The notes: generated by a model from the letters alone, not told the origin. A stretch of DNA of 64,000 bases from Eledone cirrhosa (GCA_964016885.1 OZ024748.1:14260001-14324000); one strand, 5' to 3'; shown: positions 11,887 to 25,259, counted from the stretch's first letter. A program made the numbers and translations.

Positions 11887-12271
11887 TATTTATTTATTTT
11901 TATTTTTGTTATGTTTTTTATCTCGCTGTTTTCTCTTTTCTATTTTCCTTCCCTCTCTCCTCCGTTTTCCCAATAACTTACTCAGTTATTGAACGCTCTG
12001 GGCGGTAGATATCTTGTCTTTAAAGGGTGGAAATATCCGAGAGCCCCAGTAGACAACTTATTCTCACTCCATTTTAAGCTATATATATATATATTCTTTT
12101 CAGAATTCATTGACCTGCGGATGTATTGTTTTTAGGCGGTAATCTCCTTCCTCCTATTTTCGAGACAGTGTGAGATTTTCTTTAGAACTGCTGGACTAAC
12201 AACCTAGCAGCTCCCTCAAGCACTGATGGTGATTATCGCTAAATATTGATATCAATATTAATATTATTGGG

Positions 12272-12398
12272 CACCCACTGAAGAATTATAAGAGCCCACT
12301 TGAATAAGTATCTGTTGATCTTATACAAGCTTCTACATAAATTGGTATAATTTCACCCAAATTGAAGGAATCTTATAATGAAACGAGACGTCCGTGTG
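12272..12398 (+). ncRNA. Type I hammerhead motif with about 77-nt stem II loop
   Basis: caccca-CTGAAGA-attataaga..tcttataat-GAAACG-aga-CGTC-cgtgtg. Perfect 9-bp stem II, 3-bp stem III, GUC triplet, and stem I with 2 mismatches. Confidence 0.65.
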
Positions 12399-12569
12399 GG
12401 AGAGATATATTTGATATATCTCATATGAAATGATACAGCCAATTTTCCACACAATACAATTAGCACCCCGAACGTTTAATTAGGAATATACTCAGGTATT
12501 TCCTAATGTTTGTTGAGTGAGTTGGAATTTGGCCGGAGTATCGCTATTAGCTTTCTCCGATTATGTATT

Positions 12570-12632
<63 letters not shown>

Positions 12633-13757
12633 AGAGAGAGATAATCTGCTGTGCTGAGACCGAGGAGACCACTAATCATGGGATTATTCGATGTATGAGG
12701 AGATACAGAGTGGTTATAGAGATATAAAACATCCTAATCGAAGAACCAAGGTGAAACAGCTTGGCGCCGCAGTCAGGTTTTACATATGTCCCCTCTTTCT
12801 CTCTCATATTATATATATATATATATATATACATACATACATACATTCATACATACATGATGACTGCAAACGCTGATAAGAGTATTGCAATCGCTTCTCA
12901 GATTACAGAAATGGTGCACTTTTAGGCTACACGAACCTGTAACCTAATCTGAACAAGCTATGCCTGTGCTTTGAAATTTTTTAAGTGGGGAAAGTCGTTG
13001 CACACGACAAATCCCACTCCTTGAGTATCGAAAACACTACCCGAAAAGGAGAACTGGTCAACATCATCGGATGCTTCCGAAGCGGCAAGCATTTTTTCAT
13101 ACATACATATATATACACGAATAAAAAAAATAACCAGGATTTAAATTTAATAAAATCATCTAATTGAACGACGAACAGTTATTTGCCTTTATATGGTTGT
13201 ATTGAGAGAGAGAGAGTGAGAGAGAGACAGAGAAAGAATGAGGGAGAGAGGGAAAGAAAGAAGAGGAAGAGAGAGTAGTGAAGTTTACTCAGAGAAAGAC
13301 TGAGACAGTGAGATAGAATTTAGGGCTATAAATACCAGATAAAGTAAAGAGAAATCCCGATTTCTCTTGGAATCCAAATCAATAGAATAATACAAATAAT
13401 ATGTTGAGAAGATGAAGTTCTTCTGCAAATGTCGTTTCTTTTGGATAGTTTTCAAGTTGGACAGGAAAACGTTTATCGCTCGTAAAGATCATATATTATG
13501 ATAGGAAAGGATATTACATGATCATTGTATATTTAGTGTGATATCAATGGTATGCCGATGTGTTGCTGGTGATATATATGTATGCATATATATATGTGTG
13601 TGTATGTATTATATATATGTGTGTATGTGTGTGTATTATATATATATGTGTGTGTATGTATTATATATATATGTGTGTGTATGTATTATATATGTGTGTA
13701 TGTGTGTGTATTATATATATATACACATATACATTATATACATACGCAAATATACAT

Positions 13758-13890
13758 TTCGGCCCTTGTCATTATGAGTTAAATCCCGCCGAGGTTAACT
13801 TTCCGTTTCAGTCTTACGGGGTCGATAAAATAAAGTACCAGTAATACACTGGTTAATTGCTGGCCTTGTGCCAAAAGTAGAAACAATTAT
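13758..13890 (+). mobile_element. SINE family 1, 5'-truncated
   Basis: aaatcccgccgaggttaac..ggggtcgataaaataaagtaccag..ggccttgtgccaaaagtagaaacaatt. Confidence 0.85.
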
Positions 13891-13996
13891 ATGCATATAC
13901 ATTATGTGTGTATATATATGTATATACATATATATATAACGTAGTATATATAAAATACATTTATTTCGTGTGTGTTTGTGTGTGCGTGTGTTATAG

Positions 13997-14050
13997 CAGA
14001 GGTCCCCAACCACCGGTCCGTGGATCATTTGCTACCGAGCCGCAAAGAAA
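13997..14050 (+). mobile_element. hAT-like terminal fragment
   Basis: cagaggtccccaacc..ggtccgtgg..ccgc resembles Charlie-type ends; the other end was not found. Confidence 0.4.
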
Positions 14051-14298
14051 TAATTAGTTAGTTTAAAATGATGTAATACATAAACTTAATATTGAACTTT
14101 AATTTAAAAGGATTTGTTTAAATATTGAATATTCATCTATTTTAATAAATTGTTCTTTTTATTATTACTCTCTCTATCCAGGTAGAAGGGGTAACGTGAA
14201 ATAAAGTGTCTGGCCCAACGACATAATGCATCGCCCAGTCGGGGAATTGAACTCACAACATCACGATTGCGAATCCAATTCTGTAACCACTCAGCCAC

Positions 14299-15720
14299 AT
14301 TTATTAAAATAACAGATTAAAGTTTAAGCAAAGAATCGCTGCTTTCACCCTTAACGGGATTTTCTGAAACTAACAAAGTCAATCTGTAAACGCAGAAGTG
14401 GATATTTAAAAAAAACGTTGCAACCGGAAGAAGACAGGAAGACGATACTTTGGTTCGTGGAAACGTTCCCTGGCAAAGAACGGGAAAAAAAAATGAATAT
14501 AATACGTCATTAATAGGAGCGGTGAAAAACAATTACGCGCAAAGACAAAACCACGTTTATGGTATAAAACGTGGTGGTTCATAGAGACGTTATTAGGTGG
14601 TTCATAGAGACGTTCTCTGGCAATGAACAAAAAAAAAAAACGAAGATAATACGTCATATGTGGTGCGTGGAGAACAATTGCACGCAAAGACAAAACCACG
14701 TAAACGGTATAGCAGAAGTCGTAGACTAAAATTCTAATTAGGAGACCGAATGAATCTCCGCTTCAGAGTTAAGAACAAAGTAAATAAATACAATACAGAG
14801 GTAATAGAAATTAAATAAATACATACACGCATACAAATACGTACATACACAAGCATACGCGAAAACACTTACCATAGGTATACAAAATCACGCACATAAA
14901 TATGTGTGTGTGTGTATGCGTGTATACAAATAAATAAATAATTAAATAAACGTATATAAATAAATAAATACGTATATAACAAGCGCACACACATACCTAC
15001 ATGTAAATACACAAATGTTCGGAGACGTCAGTCAACCAAAACATGAAGTACACACACCCTACATACTTACGAACCTGCATACTCACACAGACGCAAAACT
15101 CCCGTATACACATAACCAAACCATATGTACCAGAAATATAGAATTATACGCCATAACATATACAATGACATATACGTACGAGAAGGTATACGTATCTTCA
15201 CAAAACATACAGGTGATATATGCAAATAAGTAATGGTATAAACATAACATATTCTTACCTACAACATCAAGACGTAAAATATCCACGTATAGATCGTAAT
15301 ATCCGTTAGGGTATAATGTGGGGCTGTAATAGAGGAAAGTTTTGTGCAATTTATGTTTACAAGCCGAAATTGCCTCAGATTTTTTGTTTAAGATGTCTGC
15401 GGCGCAGAGGTCACATGGTCTTTTATTTCCGTTATACGATCTCCCAGTGTAACTTATATTGGGTGTGGTTGTCTTTTAAACTCCATATATAAGCTGAAAG
15501 TGACGTCATATTCCTTCTTAGAGGGTAACGAAAAGAATGGGTATGCATGTAAAGACGCTGCTTGTTAGTTTCAGAAGATCCCGTTAAGGGTGAAAGCAGC
15601 GATTCTTTGCTTAAACTTTAATCTGTTATTTTAATAAATATTTGCTCTACGGTTCTTATATATTTGATATATATTTATCCTTATCTTTGGATTTTAGTCT
15701 TCAAATTTATTATTATTACT
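14299..15720 (+). mobile_element. 1.4-kb non-coding element bounded by 78-bp inverted repeats, each holding a variant HHR motif
   Basis: IR arms 14299-14376/15562-15639 differ by about 1 mismatch. A 3' tail runs to 15720. There is an internal imperfect direct repeat of about 145 bp (14452-14712). A deleted relative lies at 47065-47215. Confidence 0.7.
15567..15617 (+). ncRNA. Variant hammerhead motif (CAGAAGA core, CUU triplet)
   Basis: agttt-CAGAAGA-tccc gttaa gggt-GAA-agca gcgattctt tgct-T-aaact. Stems I, II and III all pair. Confidence 0.5.
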
Positions 15721-15852
15721 ATATATATATATGCAGAGGTTACATTCAACAAGCTTAAACATTTTTATAACTGATATAAAGCACTCAACAAGTTAGTGGA
15801 GTAAATATACAATATATTAATAAATGGAAACTATATTTATAAAACCATAATT

Positions 15853-15916
15853 ATTTTATTATATATATTTCAAGGGCGAGCAAGTTAAATTATGGTGCGC
15901 TTTCATCAGATAAAAT
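15853..15916 (-). ncRNA. Type I hammerhead motif (antisense arm)
   Basis: Exact reverse complement of 16067-16130. Confidence 0.75.
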
Positions 15917-16066
15917 ACAGATTTGTTTTATAAATAAATATTGACATACCCGGAAAAAAGACAACCTCAAAGGTTGAAATTCGCTGGATAGTCTATCCAG
16001 CGAATTTCAACCGTTGGGGTTGTCTTTTTCCGGGTATGTCAATATTTATTTATAAAACAAATCTGT

Positions 16067-16130
16067 ATTTTATCTGATGAAAGCGCACCATAATTTAACT
16101 TGCTCGCCCTTGAAATATATATAATAAAAT
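16067..16130 (+). ncRNA. Type I hammerhead motif
   Basis: attttat-CTGATGA-aag..ctt-GAA-atatatat-A-ataaaat. 7-bp stem I, palindromic stem III, AUA triplet; predicted cut after 16123. Confidence 0.75.
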
Positions 16131-16176
16131 AATTATGGTTTTATAAATATAGTTTCCATTTATTAATATATTGTAT

Positions 16177-16361
16177 GGTGGTGGATTGACAGTATCGGTA
16201 GAGGGTCAGACGCCATGCTTTCTAGCATAGTTATGTCCCTTTATGATCTGAGTTCAAATCCCGCCGAGGTCAACTTTGCCTTTCATCCTTACGGGGTCGA
16301 TAAAATAAAGTACCAGTTATGTACTGCGTAATTGCTGGCCTTGTGCCAAAAAGTAGAAGCA
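16177..16361 (+). mobile_element. Full-length SINE family 1 with 15-bp TSD
   Basis: Box A/B head and gcctttcatccttacggggtcgataaa core. TSD attaatatattgtat at 16162-16176 and 16362-16376. Confidence 0.9.
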
Positions 16362-16949
16362 ATTAATATATTGTATATATATATATAAACATAAATATTG
16401 CTCGAGCAGATAATCACAGATAATCCTTTAACTAGAACACTGTTGAATTGAAATGACACACGTCGTCTGACAGTAGTCGAAAATAGATTGTTATTGAATG
16501 TGTGGGGGCGAGTAAAAGAGAGAGTGTGTCTGTGTCTGTGTGTCTGTGTCTGTGTGTGTATGTATGTGAGTGCGTGTGTGAAATTAGCTGAGTATGCGTG
16601 TTCATGTAAGTATGCCAGAAATAAAGACAGAGAAAACTAATGAAAGAAGGAAGGAAGGAAAGAGAGAGGTAGATAATTACACATGTGAGATACATAGATA
16701 AATAGCTACAATAATAGATTAGATAGTGTAGATGAAAGTAAATATTTGTATTTCGATCATTCCATCAACAGTGACCGGTTACTTATCAAATGTATCTTAG
16801 GAAATAGATGTCAGATTCCAATATATGACCTTCCACTGTCTTAGTCTCAATCGTTATAATAGCTGCTGTCTAATGACCTCCGCAAGACATTAGAAATATG
16901 AGCTGAGGGAAAAAGTTCAGAATGTAATCATTACTGAAACGGCAAAATC

Positions 16950-17065
16950 TATTGAACCTCGGTTCACGTGCGCTTCTCATCACGAATAAATCGGTTCACG
17001 AACAATTTTTCGTAACATAAAACCTCTTGGTTCACGCCGGGTGTTTCGAGTAACGAACATGCAAA
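16950..17065 (+). mobile_element. Tigger/pogo-like terminal remnant
   Basis: gaacctcggttcacg followed by repeated ggttcacga subterminal motifs. Confidence 0.4.
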
Positions 17066-17129
17066 CCGGCAACACCGATTGGCAACATTGGAGTGTCGTT
17101 TGAGGTGATGGTGGTAGTGGTGGTAGTTA

Positions 17130-20122
17130 AGACACAAACTCAGCCATTTGACGGTAGAGGGAAATGCTTGACTTATATTTTGTTATTGACCCCGAAAGGA
17201 CAAAAGGCCAAATTGACCTTACCCGGCTTTGATTTCAGAACATAAGTCGTAACTACATGTTGCAAGACATTGTGTCCGATGCTAGAACCATTTTACCAAT
17301 TCTAATAATGGTTTCTTATATAGCCACAAGGCCAGCAATTTTTGGGGAGCGGAAAGTCGATTAAATCGACCTCATTACTGGTACTTTATTTTATCGACCC
17401 CGTAAGGATGAAAGGCAAAGTTAACCTATGCGGGATTTGAACTCAGATTATAAAGGACCGTAACTATGCTGCAAAGCATGGTGTCAGACCCCCTACCGAT
17501 ACTGCCAATCCACCGTCCATACTAATTCTAATGATGGCTTCTGATTTAGATACAAGGCCATCATCAGGTTTTGCGTGTTCAGCGTTTGGTGGTGTTGGTA
17601 GTGGGCATTCTGATTTGTAATATTATTGAAGTGGGTTTCAGAATACGCATATCACTGTAACATTGTTTTAAATCCAAGGGTGCAACAATGAAAAATAAGA
17701 AGGGGGCAGTGACATCAAGTTAAGTTCCCCTCTCTCGGTGACGGCTCTGTTGTTAAAGGACGCAACGCGTCATCGCGAAATGAGCTCACGTCCTTACGAT
17801 CGTGAGTTGAACACCCCCAACCACACGTGCTTTCACATTTAATCAATGATAAAACAGAAAACAACACTAAAATTATTCAGTTCATGATTAGAACATATTA
17901 AAACAGAAATATTGAATAAATTTTGTTTTTCTCCAATTCTTGCGGTGTTGAATAACTTTATTTTCTTATTTTTCTACTTAAACGGAATTATTTGAAGTAA
18001 ACTACAAGCTTGTGGTTTAAATTCACAGAGTATAAAAAAAATGATATTGAAAAATTTTAAATATTTAAAATCATTGGCAGTAATTTTCATAATTTTTCAT
18101 GCATCAATTTAGCTTTCCAATGTATCGATGTTAGTGTTGATCGAATAAATAGGATGTCAGCTGCCTGCTAAAGGCAAAAAAACGCAACTGATGCCTCTTA
18201 TGCACAGTTTATCGCATAGCTCATTGATATTTCATCGCTCATGTATACCCGAGCTGTATATAGGGTAAATAGCGCCTATGGCAAGCAGTGAAATTGCGCC
18301 CGTGCTCGGCTTTCTATTTTCCAACTATTCCTTACTTTGGCTACTGTACATTCAGAACATCCACTTCCACAGTTAATTTGGTCCCCTATCTGGAAAAAGC
18401 TGTCGACCAGTTCTTGTGAAGTATAAATCATTATTTTAGGTCGGAAATAAATATTATTATGATGGAGGAGTGTGGGCAGTGGATTGATAGTGTCGTTAGT
18501 GTCGGACACCATGTTTCACAGCATAGAATTACGGCCTTTTACGTTCTAAGTTCAAATGTGGCAGAAGTTAGTTTTGCCTTTTACACTTGAGGTCGATAAA
18601 ATTAAGTACCAGTAATGCACTGGTATCGATTTAATCGACTTTCCCCTCTCCCAAAATTGCTGGCCTTGTGCTTAAATCAAAAACCATTATTATTATTACT
18701 AGCACCCTTCGGGTGGTTTTTCTGCTGGCATGTGTAGTGTGCATATTGATATTATACGCAGAGTGTAAAGGGCCATAACTCTATACTACGAAGCATGGTG
18801 TCTGACGCTCTACCGATACTGCCAATGTGCCGCCTTATAATATTTCTACATTTGGCACAAAATCATTTATGCAAGATTACAGAGCCAAAGAATTAATTGT
18901 TTCTACTTTTGACACAAGGCCAGCAATTACCCCAGTACATTACTGGTACTTTATTTTATCGACACTGTAAGGATGAAAGGCAAAGCTAACCTCGGTGTGA
19001 TTTGAACTCAGAACGTAAAGGGCCAAAACTCTATACTGCAAAGTATGGTGTCAGATGCTCTACCGATACAACCAATCGACCACCTTCACACACACTCTAA
19101 ATAATTGTTTCTACTTTTGGCACAAGGCCAGAAATTACTCAGTGCATTACTGGTACTTTATTTTATCGACCCCGTAAGGAAGAAAAGCAAAGTTAACGCC
19201 AGCGGGATTTGAACTCAGATCATAAAGGGAGGTAACTCTATGCTTCAAAGCATGGCGTCCGACCCTCTACCGGTGTGAAGAAGGGAGGGAGACAAAAGCA
19301 ATAAGTGTTGAACACAGAACAACGAAAGACTGAAGTTTACCAAAACATGCGAAGAATATGAGATTACTGAGAATTAAAATATAATAAAGAAAATATTACA
19401 AACAGAAAAAAAAAGAATGAGCAAAGAGATGTTAAATAATGACCTTTGTTGACCTCTAGTAACTAATTACATAATATTAGATTCAGGAAGAATTTAATCT
19501 ATACCAGGACAAATATATTATCCTTACCAATAGCTTGTGAGTAGATCTAATATAGTTCTCTTGTTATTAACTATATCTAAGCACTACCAAACTATTATTA
19601 GATATTTTACCGTATAGATGTTTTCTCCAGCACTTTTCGAAATTCTTCTTGATTGCTATCTGATGAGTTTTTTTGTTGTTTCGGTTTTTTTTTTTCTTTT
19701 CCTCAAAGGTTCAATTAAAGCAACTACCATCATCATCATCATCATCATCATCATTATTATTTACAGCCTAGAGTTACGGCCCTTTACGTTCTGAGTTCAA
19801 ATCCCGCCGAGGTTAACTTTACTTTTCACGCTTACGGGGTCAATAAAATAAAGTACCAGTAATGCACTGGGATAATTGCTGGCCTTGTGCCAAAAGTACA
19901 AAAGTAGAAACAATCATTATTATTATCAAGGGCAATGGATTGGCAGTATCAGTAGAGCGTCAGACACCATGCTTCGCAGCATAGTGTTATGGCCCTTTAC
20001 GTTCTGAGTTCAAATCACGCTGTGGTTAGCTTTGCCTTTCATCCTTACGGGGTCGATAAAATAAAGCACCAGTAATACACTGGGATAATTGCTGGCCTTG
20101 TGCCAAAAGTAAAAACAATTAT
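17130..20122. mobile_element. Cluster of about 8 SINE family 1 copies in both orientations
   Basis: Approximate copies: 17130-17305(-), 17308-17520(-), 18463-18690(+), 18765-18840(-), 18895-19085(-), 19103-19273(-), 19762-19915(+), 19930-20122(+). Confidence 0.85.
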
Positions 20123-20769
20123 TATCATCATCGCATTCATCATTATCATCATCATCGTCATCGTCATCATCATCGTCAACATCGGACTTGCATATTTATG
20201 AGGTGAGGATGGAATGAGATTATAATCTCAATTGTACCCCCCCCCCCAACTCTTTCTTTCACTTTCTCCCTGTTATTTTCCCTCCCTCACCCTCTTACTC
20301 TCACTTACTAACTTGCTCTCTCTCTTTCTCAAGTAATCTCTCTCTTGTTTGCCCTTTCTCTCTCTTACTCTCACTCGTTTGCTCTCTCTAACTTGCTCCC
20401 CCTCGCTCTCTCCCTCTCTCTCTCTCAGTTGTTGCCTCTCTCTCCCTCTTCCCCACTTTCTATTTCACACTCTCTCCTTCTCCCTCATTATCCAAAACAA
20501 GTAGACATGAAATATCTTCCCTTAGACAAGTCTAATATATTTTCTTGTACAAATGCAATAAACCTGTTGTTGTATATTTGTTATTTTTATTTTTGGTTTT
20601 AGTAAATATTTCTCAGAATAATTTAGTATTTGTTATCTAGCAAACACTACCAGTTTCATCAAAAATTCTCCATGCATTTACTAACTACTAAACAAATATG
20701 TCCCCTCATCAGGGCTGGATTTAAACTTTGGAGGATCCAAGGTATGTTAGGTTTGTGGGGAAGATCCTC

Positions 20770-21115
20770 ACACACGAATAATTAAATTACACAGCAATGT
20801 TACTCAATAGAGTGCATAGCTCAGAGATCAGAGAGTCACTCCGGGTAGGGCCACTACTGATCCAAATCGAGAGATCACAGCTCTGATAGTATGGGCATGT
20901 TGTTAGAATGTCTCAGGAGAGATTCGCTGGACAGATTTTACGATAAAACCAAACAGCAGGAGACCCAGGGGTGAGCCCGAGCAAAATCATTGGATAACAT
21001 CTATGACCTTGGCTGGTCTCACTTTGGGATCCAGCTGGATTAGTTGAAAATACGTGCTTCTGACAGAACCCGCTGGAAGGAGTGTTTGAGGACTCTTTAC
21101 CTACAGCACTCTCAG
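20770..21115 (+). mobile_element. Decayed RTE-like LINE 3' end
   Basis: Remnants of the W.GH..RM and RPRG.P motifs are readable across frameshifts. Confidence 0.45.
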
Positions 21116-22049
21116 GGTCACCACCTGCTCACCACCATTGTGTATATGTATATATTTCATGGACATATACTCATGACATCATACATTGCTTAATTGAAAC
21201 CAACCAACCAACCCTACTATTTTATGTTTGAGAAATAAGCAAAAATCCAAAACCCATTTATAACCTAATAAACTAAGGTCCACATTATTTCGAGGACATA
21301 TATAAGCCGACACCCCCATTTTACCATTAATTTTTTGTTCAAATATTCCTCAGTTTATATTCAAATATATACATTAGTCAGCTATTTTATAGTGCCCCTG
21401 TGTCAGGTTTAAAAAAAATGCAAACAGATTTTATACAAGTTAATACAAAAATTCTGTAGAGGTATACATTAGTTTAGAATATCTTATAAACTAATTTTAT
21501 AACAGAATTATGATTATGTAATGTGTTGACATAATGGATAGACAATGATCACATTAAAAATATCCCTATCTTATTTTAACCCTAGGTCTGCTGTGTACCA
21601 TTAATAAGATTCCAGTCATTACAATGGTCAATTATGGTGTGAAATGAGAATTTCTAGTCACATTTAATTTTCTCTTTCGAAATGGCTGGTCTTAGGTCAG
21701 AATTTTAATTGACATATATCATACATAGATCTGTGCATAAGAGTGTATCCATTAATACCTATGTATATGTATGTGCATATATATATATATATATATGTGT
21801 ATGTAGGTATGTATATATGAAGTGTGTCTGGATGTGCATGGTGCATATGTACCTATATACCTATATGTATATGAATATATATATATATATATGTATATGT
21901 GTGGGAGTATGTGCAAGAAAATCATTGTGGGGGTGGGGCATATAGGCATGTATATATGTATTTATAGATTTCTTATGAATGTTGTTTCAGTTTTTATATG
22001 TATATGTGCATGAACACACACACAAATGTATATATGTATATATATATAT

Positions 22050-22238
22050 AACGAAGGAAATGTGGTAAGGAACCAGGTGGACCATAACGCACCTAAGTAC
22101 TCAATACTTACGGTAGTAGAGTGGGTAATAGGAACGAGTAGGACCCCGACGGCTGAGCTCAAGCCATTTCGACGGCTAATTCTGGACTGAATTAGCCATC
22201 AAAACGGCTTGAGCTCAGCCGTCGGGGTCCTACTCGTT

Positions 22239-22243
<5 letters not shown>
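22050..22243 (-). mobile_element. Fold-back half-hammerhead element, copy B
   Basis: Inverted arms around tggact (about 22183-22188); tail on the left begins aacgaaggaa; embedded in (TA)n. Confidence 0.85.
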
Positions 22244-22306
<63 letters not shown>

Positions 22307-22312
22307 TATAAT

Positions 22313-22373
<61 letters not shown>

Positions 22374-22541
22374 GTATATATATATATATATATACATATA
22401 TATACACATGTATACAGCAACACAGTAATAATGTACATAAAAATCTTGAGATTCATCTGAAATAAAATGATTAGGTCATGTGGTTAACCTTGGAATAAAG
22501 TTAAAAAATTGATAAAGTAAATATGACTGGGAAAAGATGCT

Positions 22542-22621
<80 letters not shown>

Positions 22622-23499
22622 TATATATGTATATATATATTATATGTATATATGTATGTGTTTGTGTGTATAGACAATAATACAATCATTTTTTTTCCAT
22701 GCAATTGCTGTCTATTTGTTTTCTACAATCTATTGTATATATCGACAATACAATAAAATGATGAGTTTTATGCCTAGAAATCATTATTTACTTTCGTTAA
22801 CCCCTAAACTCTTTGCACAGATTTTCAATTATGTGGCTAAAACTTATCAATTCACCAAAACACTAGCTCATGTTAATATGGGATTCTGATGCAAAATTAC
22901 TAGATGGCAATTCAAAATGGTGGAAGATTTGAGTAAACCTGTCATAGGAAAAGTAAGAATATGATCAGGAGTTTCTGAAAACCACTCACCTATAAATTTT
23001 TTTAGGCTTGAAAAGCTTGCTCATGTTTATATGGTGCTTGGGTGAAACTCTCTAAAAAAGTCTAAAGTCTGTCTTGAGCCCAGAAACTCATTAGAGTGTT
23101 ACTTACCCCAGTTTCTGTGGTGTGAAGTGATTGTGAGTACAAAACTTCCCCTAGACAAGACGCCAGTACTGCTGGTACTCATTTTCAGCTAAGTATACTG
23201 GAGCAATGAAAAATTAAATGTTTTGCTCAAGAACATATCACACAACTCAGGAATCAAACCCACGATATTATGATTAATTTTAACATACTTACCACTAGGT
23301 CATGGACCTCCATGGTAAAAATTTATTAGATGACTATTCGAAATGTCAGAGAACTGAGAAAATCTGAGAACACCAGGAAAATAATGTCATCTGGGTCTCT
23401 TTGAATAATTGAACTGTACAAATATTGAAGTTTAAAAAGCTTACTTATTTTAATATGATGCTCAGCTGAAATATTACTAAATGATAATTCATGGTTGAG

Positions 23500-23815
23500 T
23501 GGTTGACTCCTCCAGCAGATCCTGCCTGGTGAGGGGGGGGGGGGGGGGTAAGTGGGACCCCAGCAACAGAAACAATAACTATAAAAAAAAAGGCAGATGA
23601 ACTCCTCAGAGTCAACAGCCATCCACCCCATGTGTGGTGAGTACAGCTACTCCCCTGAAGACATGACCAAAATCAAACAGGAGGTTTCTCCAGCAGGAGT
23701 GAGAAAGCCCTGGATTGGATTGGAATTCAAAATAGCCAACGAATTGAGAAAACCTGTGATTGCAAAAGGTGGATGTGACCTGATGCCCAGAAACACATAA
23801 CTGTAGTCAAATGTA
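23500..23815 (+). mobile_element. Interspersed repeat, probably a LINE 5' UTR remnant
   Basis: Shares gatgaactcctcagagtcaacagccatccac, cccctga..catgacc and caggagtga..ctggattgga blocks with 45590-46025 (minus). Confidence 0.5.
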
Positions 23816-25076
23816 TTATGTAAGTCTTTTCTTCAAGCATATTTTGTACTGCTGATTGCCCCTCCCGATACTAACCCACATTGTATTTCTAAACATGGTA
23901 TTTACCACTCTGGTGTATATAAATCTGTGTGTATCAAGCTTAGAATTGGTATATCATATTCCTGCATGTGTTAAGAGGGGATTAAAAGGATTGGTACCAG
24001 GATGGGCAATTGGCTGTAAAACATTACCTTGAAAGGGAACCCCTTGAGGCCAGCAAGACATACCCTTGCTTTACTGGGTAAATTTACATTATAATTATTG
24101 TGTGTGTGTGTGTGTGTGGTATGTACAACTCCTCAACTGATTAACTGTAAGATATATTGTTTATGCAGGAAATAAACAAATATCAAGACTAGCTTAAACA
24201 GCATCAATATGAGGACATATGAGGTAGAAACACATACATAGTCACATACACATGAATATAAATATTTATTATGGGCTTGTTCATAACCTATATAGTATAT
24301 TACACTTTTCCTAAAGTGCTGCATAGGGGATTAAACCCAAAGCTACTTGGCTGTGAAGCAAATTTCTTAAAGTGTATATTTTATCTTTGTACACACAGTG
24401 TAGTATATTTTGTGCAGCTTCTATCACTGTACAGATAAGTTACTGTGCTTGGAATATTTAGATTTTCAAAGCAGATATAAATAATTTCTGTTTTTATTTT
24501 CTATCAGTATAGTTTGGGGAACATTTCTAGTATTCCATATTGTGCACTGAAGCAAATTTCTTTAATTTCAGCTTCTTTGACTTTCTAAACCTTCTTTGAC
24601 TAAGTTTGTATTTCCAAACCAATAATATGAAGGTTTTAAAGTTACAAATACAAGCTTGAATGTTCAATCAAACTTTCCATATCTCCAAAGCAACTAACTT
24701 ATTTCAATTATTTACTTATCTATTTATTTTGTTTGTTGGTTGTTTTTTTTATTCATCGAATACACGCCATATATATTTTTTTAATATATTTGGTTAAATA
24801 ACTGCAGGAATATATATGTAATGCATGCAGAGAGTAGTATGATGTAACACAAAAATTATTTGCAGTTTCTTTTTCTCTATCATGTCATGTCTTCAAAGCA
24901 AGTATGGTGGTCATATAATGGTTTTCTACCTCACCACATAATTCTTTGCATTTACATTGAAGTCTGCAAATTCTTTTGAGTAGTATAGTTTGGATATGGG
25001 TAGCAGAGAGGACACAAGGTATTGCTCCATAGTTTAGGTATTGCTTCTTCTGATTGACATATATATATGTGTGCGT

Positions 25077-25120
<44 letters not shown>

Positions 25121-25168
25121 TATAATGCCAAGGGCGTGGCATGCAAATCCTATTTGATAGATTTATTA

Positions 25169-25259
<91 letters not shown>

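Larger units (their letters stand above)
15733..16176. mobile_element. 370-bp near-perfect palindrome with HHR on both arms, plus one-sided tail (15733-15806)
   Basis: Arms 15807-15991/15993-16176, centred on gctggatag-t-ctatccagc. Minus-strand tail atttactccactaacttgttgagtgct. Flanked by TA repeats. Confidence 0.85.
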
